DNA of 63,281 nt, the filler included. It is 4 parts of 4 records of this genome, joined end to end, with 100 filler letters (N's around TTAATTAATTAA, not from the genome) between each part and the next. Parts side by side here need not be neighbours in the genome. Positions count along the whole stretch, not along the records: positions 57,403 to 63,281 come from SRR2962707_870; 3 more parts are not named here. One strand, written 5' to 3'. The position numbers and the translations under genes were made by a program. Positions 61,003 to 63,281 of the stretch are shown here, piece by piece; within the stretch, counting starts at the first letter, position 1; every line of letters begins with the position of its first letter. The notes below the pieces were generated by a model. That model did no database searches, was not told the origin of the DNA, and worked only from the letters and a program-made list of their open reading frames with translations.

Positions 61003-62553
61003 ATGATTAAAAAAATAAACCTACTATCCGCATTCTTTATCATTACCAGTGTTGTAAATGCACAAACCGATAAAGAAGTTATTGAGAACATTGTAAATGA
61101 AGCTTCTCAAAATTCGCAATTAAAAGAATTGGCTTATGAGCTTATGGATGGCATTGGTCCGCGTTTAGTGGGAACTCCACAGATGGAACAAGCGCATGAC
61201 TGGGCCGTTAAGAAATTTGATTCTTGGGGTATTGCTGCAGAAAATGAAAAATGGGGCGAATGGAAAGGCTGGGAACGAGGAATTACTCATATTGACATGG
61301 TCTATCCGCGTGTAAAAACTATTGAAGGCACACAGCTTGCTTGGAATCCTGGTACTTCTAGCAAAGGAGTTACAGCAGAATTAATAGTTCTTCCTACAGT
61401 AAAAGATTCCTTGGCTTTTGATAAATGGCTAAAATCTGTAAAAGGAAAAATTGTAATGGTTTCTATGAACCAGATTACAGGAAGACCAGACGATAATTGG
61501 GAAGAATATGCTACCCCAGAATCTTTTGAAAAAATGAAAGCAGAACGCGATTCTTTAGACAAAGCATGGCGAGATAACATGAGAAAAACGGGTTATACTT
61601 CTAGAACACTTCCAGAAGCATTAGAAAAAGCTGGCGCTGCTGGAATTGCACAATCCTATTGGTCTAAAGGTTTTGGAGTTAATAAAATTTTTAGTGCTCG
61701 TACTAAAAAAATTCCAATGGTAGATATTGCTTTAGAAGACTACGGAATGCTTTACAGAATGGTAGAACATGGAGCAAAACCTCAACTTAAAATAGTAGCA
61801 GAAGCCAAAGACCTTGGCGTAGTTCCTACTTTTAATACCATTGCAACAATTAAAGGAACCGAAAAGCCAGAAGAATATGTTATTCTTTCTGCTCATTTCG
61901 ATTCGTGGGATGGAGGAACTGGAGCAACCGATAACGGTACTGGAACCATTACCATGATGGAAACTGCGAGAGTTTTAAAGAAAATGTATCCTAATCCAAA
62001 GCGTACTATTATCATCGGACTATGGGGAAGTGAGGAACAAGGGTTGAATGGTTCTCGTTCTTTTGTAGAAGACCATCCGGAGATTGTAAAAAATGTGCAA
62101 GCTGTATTTAATCAGGATAATGGAACCGGTAGGGTTGTAAATCTTTCTGGACAAGGATTTTTGCATTCGTATGATTATTTAGGAAAGTGGCTTAATGCTG
62201 TTCCTAAAGACGTTTCAAAACATATCGAAACTCATTTTCCAGGCACTCCTTCTAGAGGAGGTTCTGATTATGCCTCTTTTGTAGCCGCTGGTGCACCTGC
62301 ATTTTCGTTAAGCTCTTTAAGCTGGTCTTATTGGAATTATACATGGCATACCAATAGAGATACTTATGATAAAATTGTTTTTGATGATGTTCAGAACAAT
62401 GTAATTCTAACTGCTATTTTAACTTATATGGCTAGTGAAGATCCTGAAAAAACATCAACAGAAAAAAGTGTTTTACCTATTGATGATGAAACTGGAAAAC
62501 CTCAAGAATGGCCTAGTCAAAGAGAACCTACTAGAAGAGGCGGTTTGGATTAA
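61003..62553 (+). CDS. M28 family peptidase (carboxypeptidase Q-like), secreted
   Basis: IGPRL, SAHFDSW, GATDNG, SEEQG, SDY, WHT. Confidence 0.92.
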   Translation: MIKKINLLSAFFIITSVVNAQTDKEVIENIVNEASQNSQLKELAYELMDGIGPRLVGTPQMEQAHDWAVKKFDSWGIAAENEKWGEWKGWERGITHIDMVYPRVKTIEGTQLAWNPGTSSKGVTAELIVLPTVKDSLAFDKWLKSVKGKIVMVSMNQITGRPDDNWEEYATPESFEKMKAERDSLDKAWRDNMRKTGYTSRTLPEALEKAGAAGIAQSYWSKGFGVNKIFSARTKKIPMVDIALEDYGMLYRMVEHGAKPQLKIVAEAKDLGVVPTFNTIATIKGTEKPEEYVILSAHFDSWDGGTGATDNGTGTITMMETARVLKKMYPNPKRTIIIGLWGSEEQGLNGSRSFVEDHPEIVKNVQAVFNQDNGTGRVVNLSGQGFLHSYDYLGKWLNAVPKDVSKHIETHFPGTPSRGGSDYASFVAAGAPAFSLSSLSWSYWNYTWHTNRDTYDKIVFDDVQNNVILTAILTYMASEDPEKTSTEKSVLPIDDETGKPQEWPSQREPTRRGGLD

Positions 62554-62574
62554 AACAATAATCCCTAACATAAC

Positions 62575-62617
62575 AATAAACCTCAAAGATTATTTAATCT
62601 TTGAGGTTTATTATTTT
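62575..62617 (+). terminator. Hairpin/terminator after the M28 peptidase
   Basis: AATAAACCTCAAAGATTA-tt-TAATCTTTGAGGTTTATT. Confidence 0.8.
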
Positions 62618-62652
62618 CAATACCTTTAATCTCATTTCTGATATAAAAAACT

Positions 62653-63189
62653 ATGCAAGCTTTTGTTTTATTACTGCGAGGAATCAATGTTGGCGGTCAT
62701 CGAAAAGTAAAAATGGCCGAACTAAAAGTTGTTCTTCAAGAACTCGATTTTCAAAATATAGCCACCTATATCCAAAGTGGAAATGTTATTTTTTCTGCGG
62801 AAGAAACTAATATTTCAAAGCTTAAACATACCGCTGAAGAAGCTATAAAAGTACATTTTGGATTTGCTGTGAGTTGCTTTATAATTCCGAAAGAAACTTT
62901 CTTAACAATTATCGAGAACAATCCGTTTATAGAAACTGAAGAAATTACCAAACTCTATATTACTTTTTTAAATGAAACTCCAAATCCAGAAAAACTAGAA
63001 ACCTTAAAAACTTTTGAGATCTCAGATGAATTGTTTATTCTGAAAAATAATACTCTTTATTTCTGCTATAAAAATGGCTACGGAAAAGCAAAAATTGCTA
63101 ATCCGTTTATTGAAAAGAAACTCAATTTACAAGCCACCACCAGAAATTGGAAAACTATGATGAAGCTTCTGGAGCTGTTGAATAGTTGA
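62653..63189 (+). CDS. DUF1697 domain protein
   Basis: LLRGINVGG, TYIQSGN, TTRNWKT. Confidence 0.92.
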   Translation: MQAFVLLLRGINVGGHRKVKMAELKVVLQELDFQNIATYIQSGNVIFSAEETNISKLKHTAEEAIKVHFGFAVSCFIIPKETFLTIIENNPFIETEEITKLYITFLNETPNPEKLETLKTFEISDELFILKNNTLYFCYKNGYGKAKIANPFIEKKLNLQATTRNWKTMMKLLELLNS

Positions 63190-63224
63190 TTTGTTAGTTT
63201 ATAGTTTAAAAATATTTCCTTTTT

Positions 63225-63249
63225 TTCTGACTTCTGACTTCCGACTTCT
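63225..63249. repeat. Heptamer tandem repeat (TTCTGAC)x3.5
   Basis: TTCTGAC TTCTGAC TTCCGAC TTCT. Confidence 0.75.
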
Positions 63250-63281
63250 TTCTTTTTCAATCCTTCAATCTTTAAATTTTT

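Overview
The window is not one locus. It is four contigs joined by three 100-nt N spacers, each carrying a TTAATTAATTAA stop linker (16231-16330, 42215-42314, 57303-57402). Contigs 1, 2 and 4 (1-16230, 16331-42214, 57403-63281) are AT-rich Flavobacteriaceae-type DNA, judged from gldD/gldE, TAnnTTTG promoters and a shared dispersed repeat. They encode a TonB/PepSY uptake module, mutY-ssb-gldE-gldD, HU-bS22-RNase E/G, an ABC/LolA-like operon, a vWA/AAA pair, a LytS/LytTR-2TM cluster, recQ, kdsD-tatC-lptB, pssA, lnt, asd and peptidases. Contig 3 (42315-57302) is visibly more GC-rich gammaproteobacterial DNA (Marinomonas-like by inference) with ilvE, dcd-apbC, metG and rnfABC. Notable items not in the ORF track: (1) a candidate leader-peptide attenuator at 41806-41990 (promoter, 25-aa peptide ending RCWCFCMM, antiterminator and terminator) whose target gene is cut off by the contig end; (2) a 29-aa bS22-like ribosomal protein gene at 11818-11907; (3) a MITE/REP-like repeat family with about ten full or partial copies, two of which form a long hairpin in the RNase E/G leader; (4) a 522-codon gene split by a single in-frame TAG at 7073-7075; (5) a HExxH toxin-like/partner gene pair at 15227-16229. 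No rRNA, tRNA, CRISPR array or transposase was recognised.
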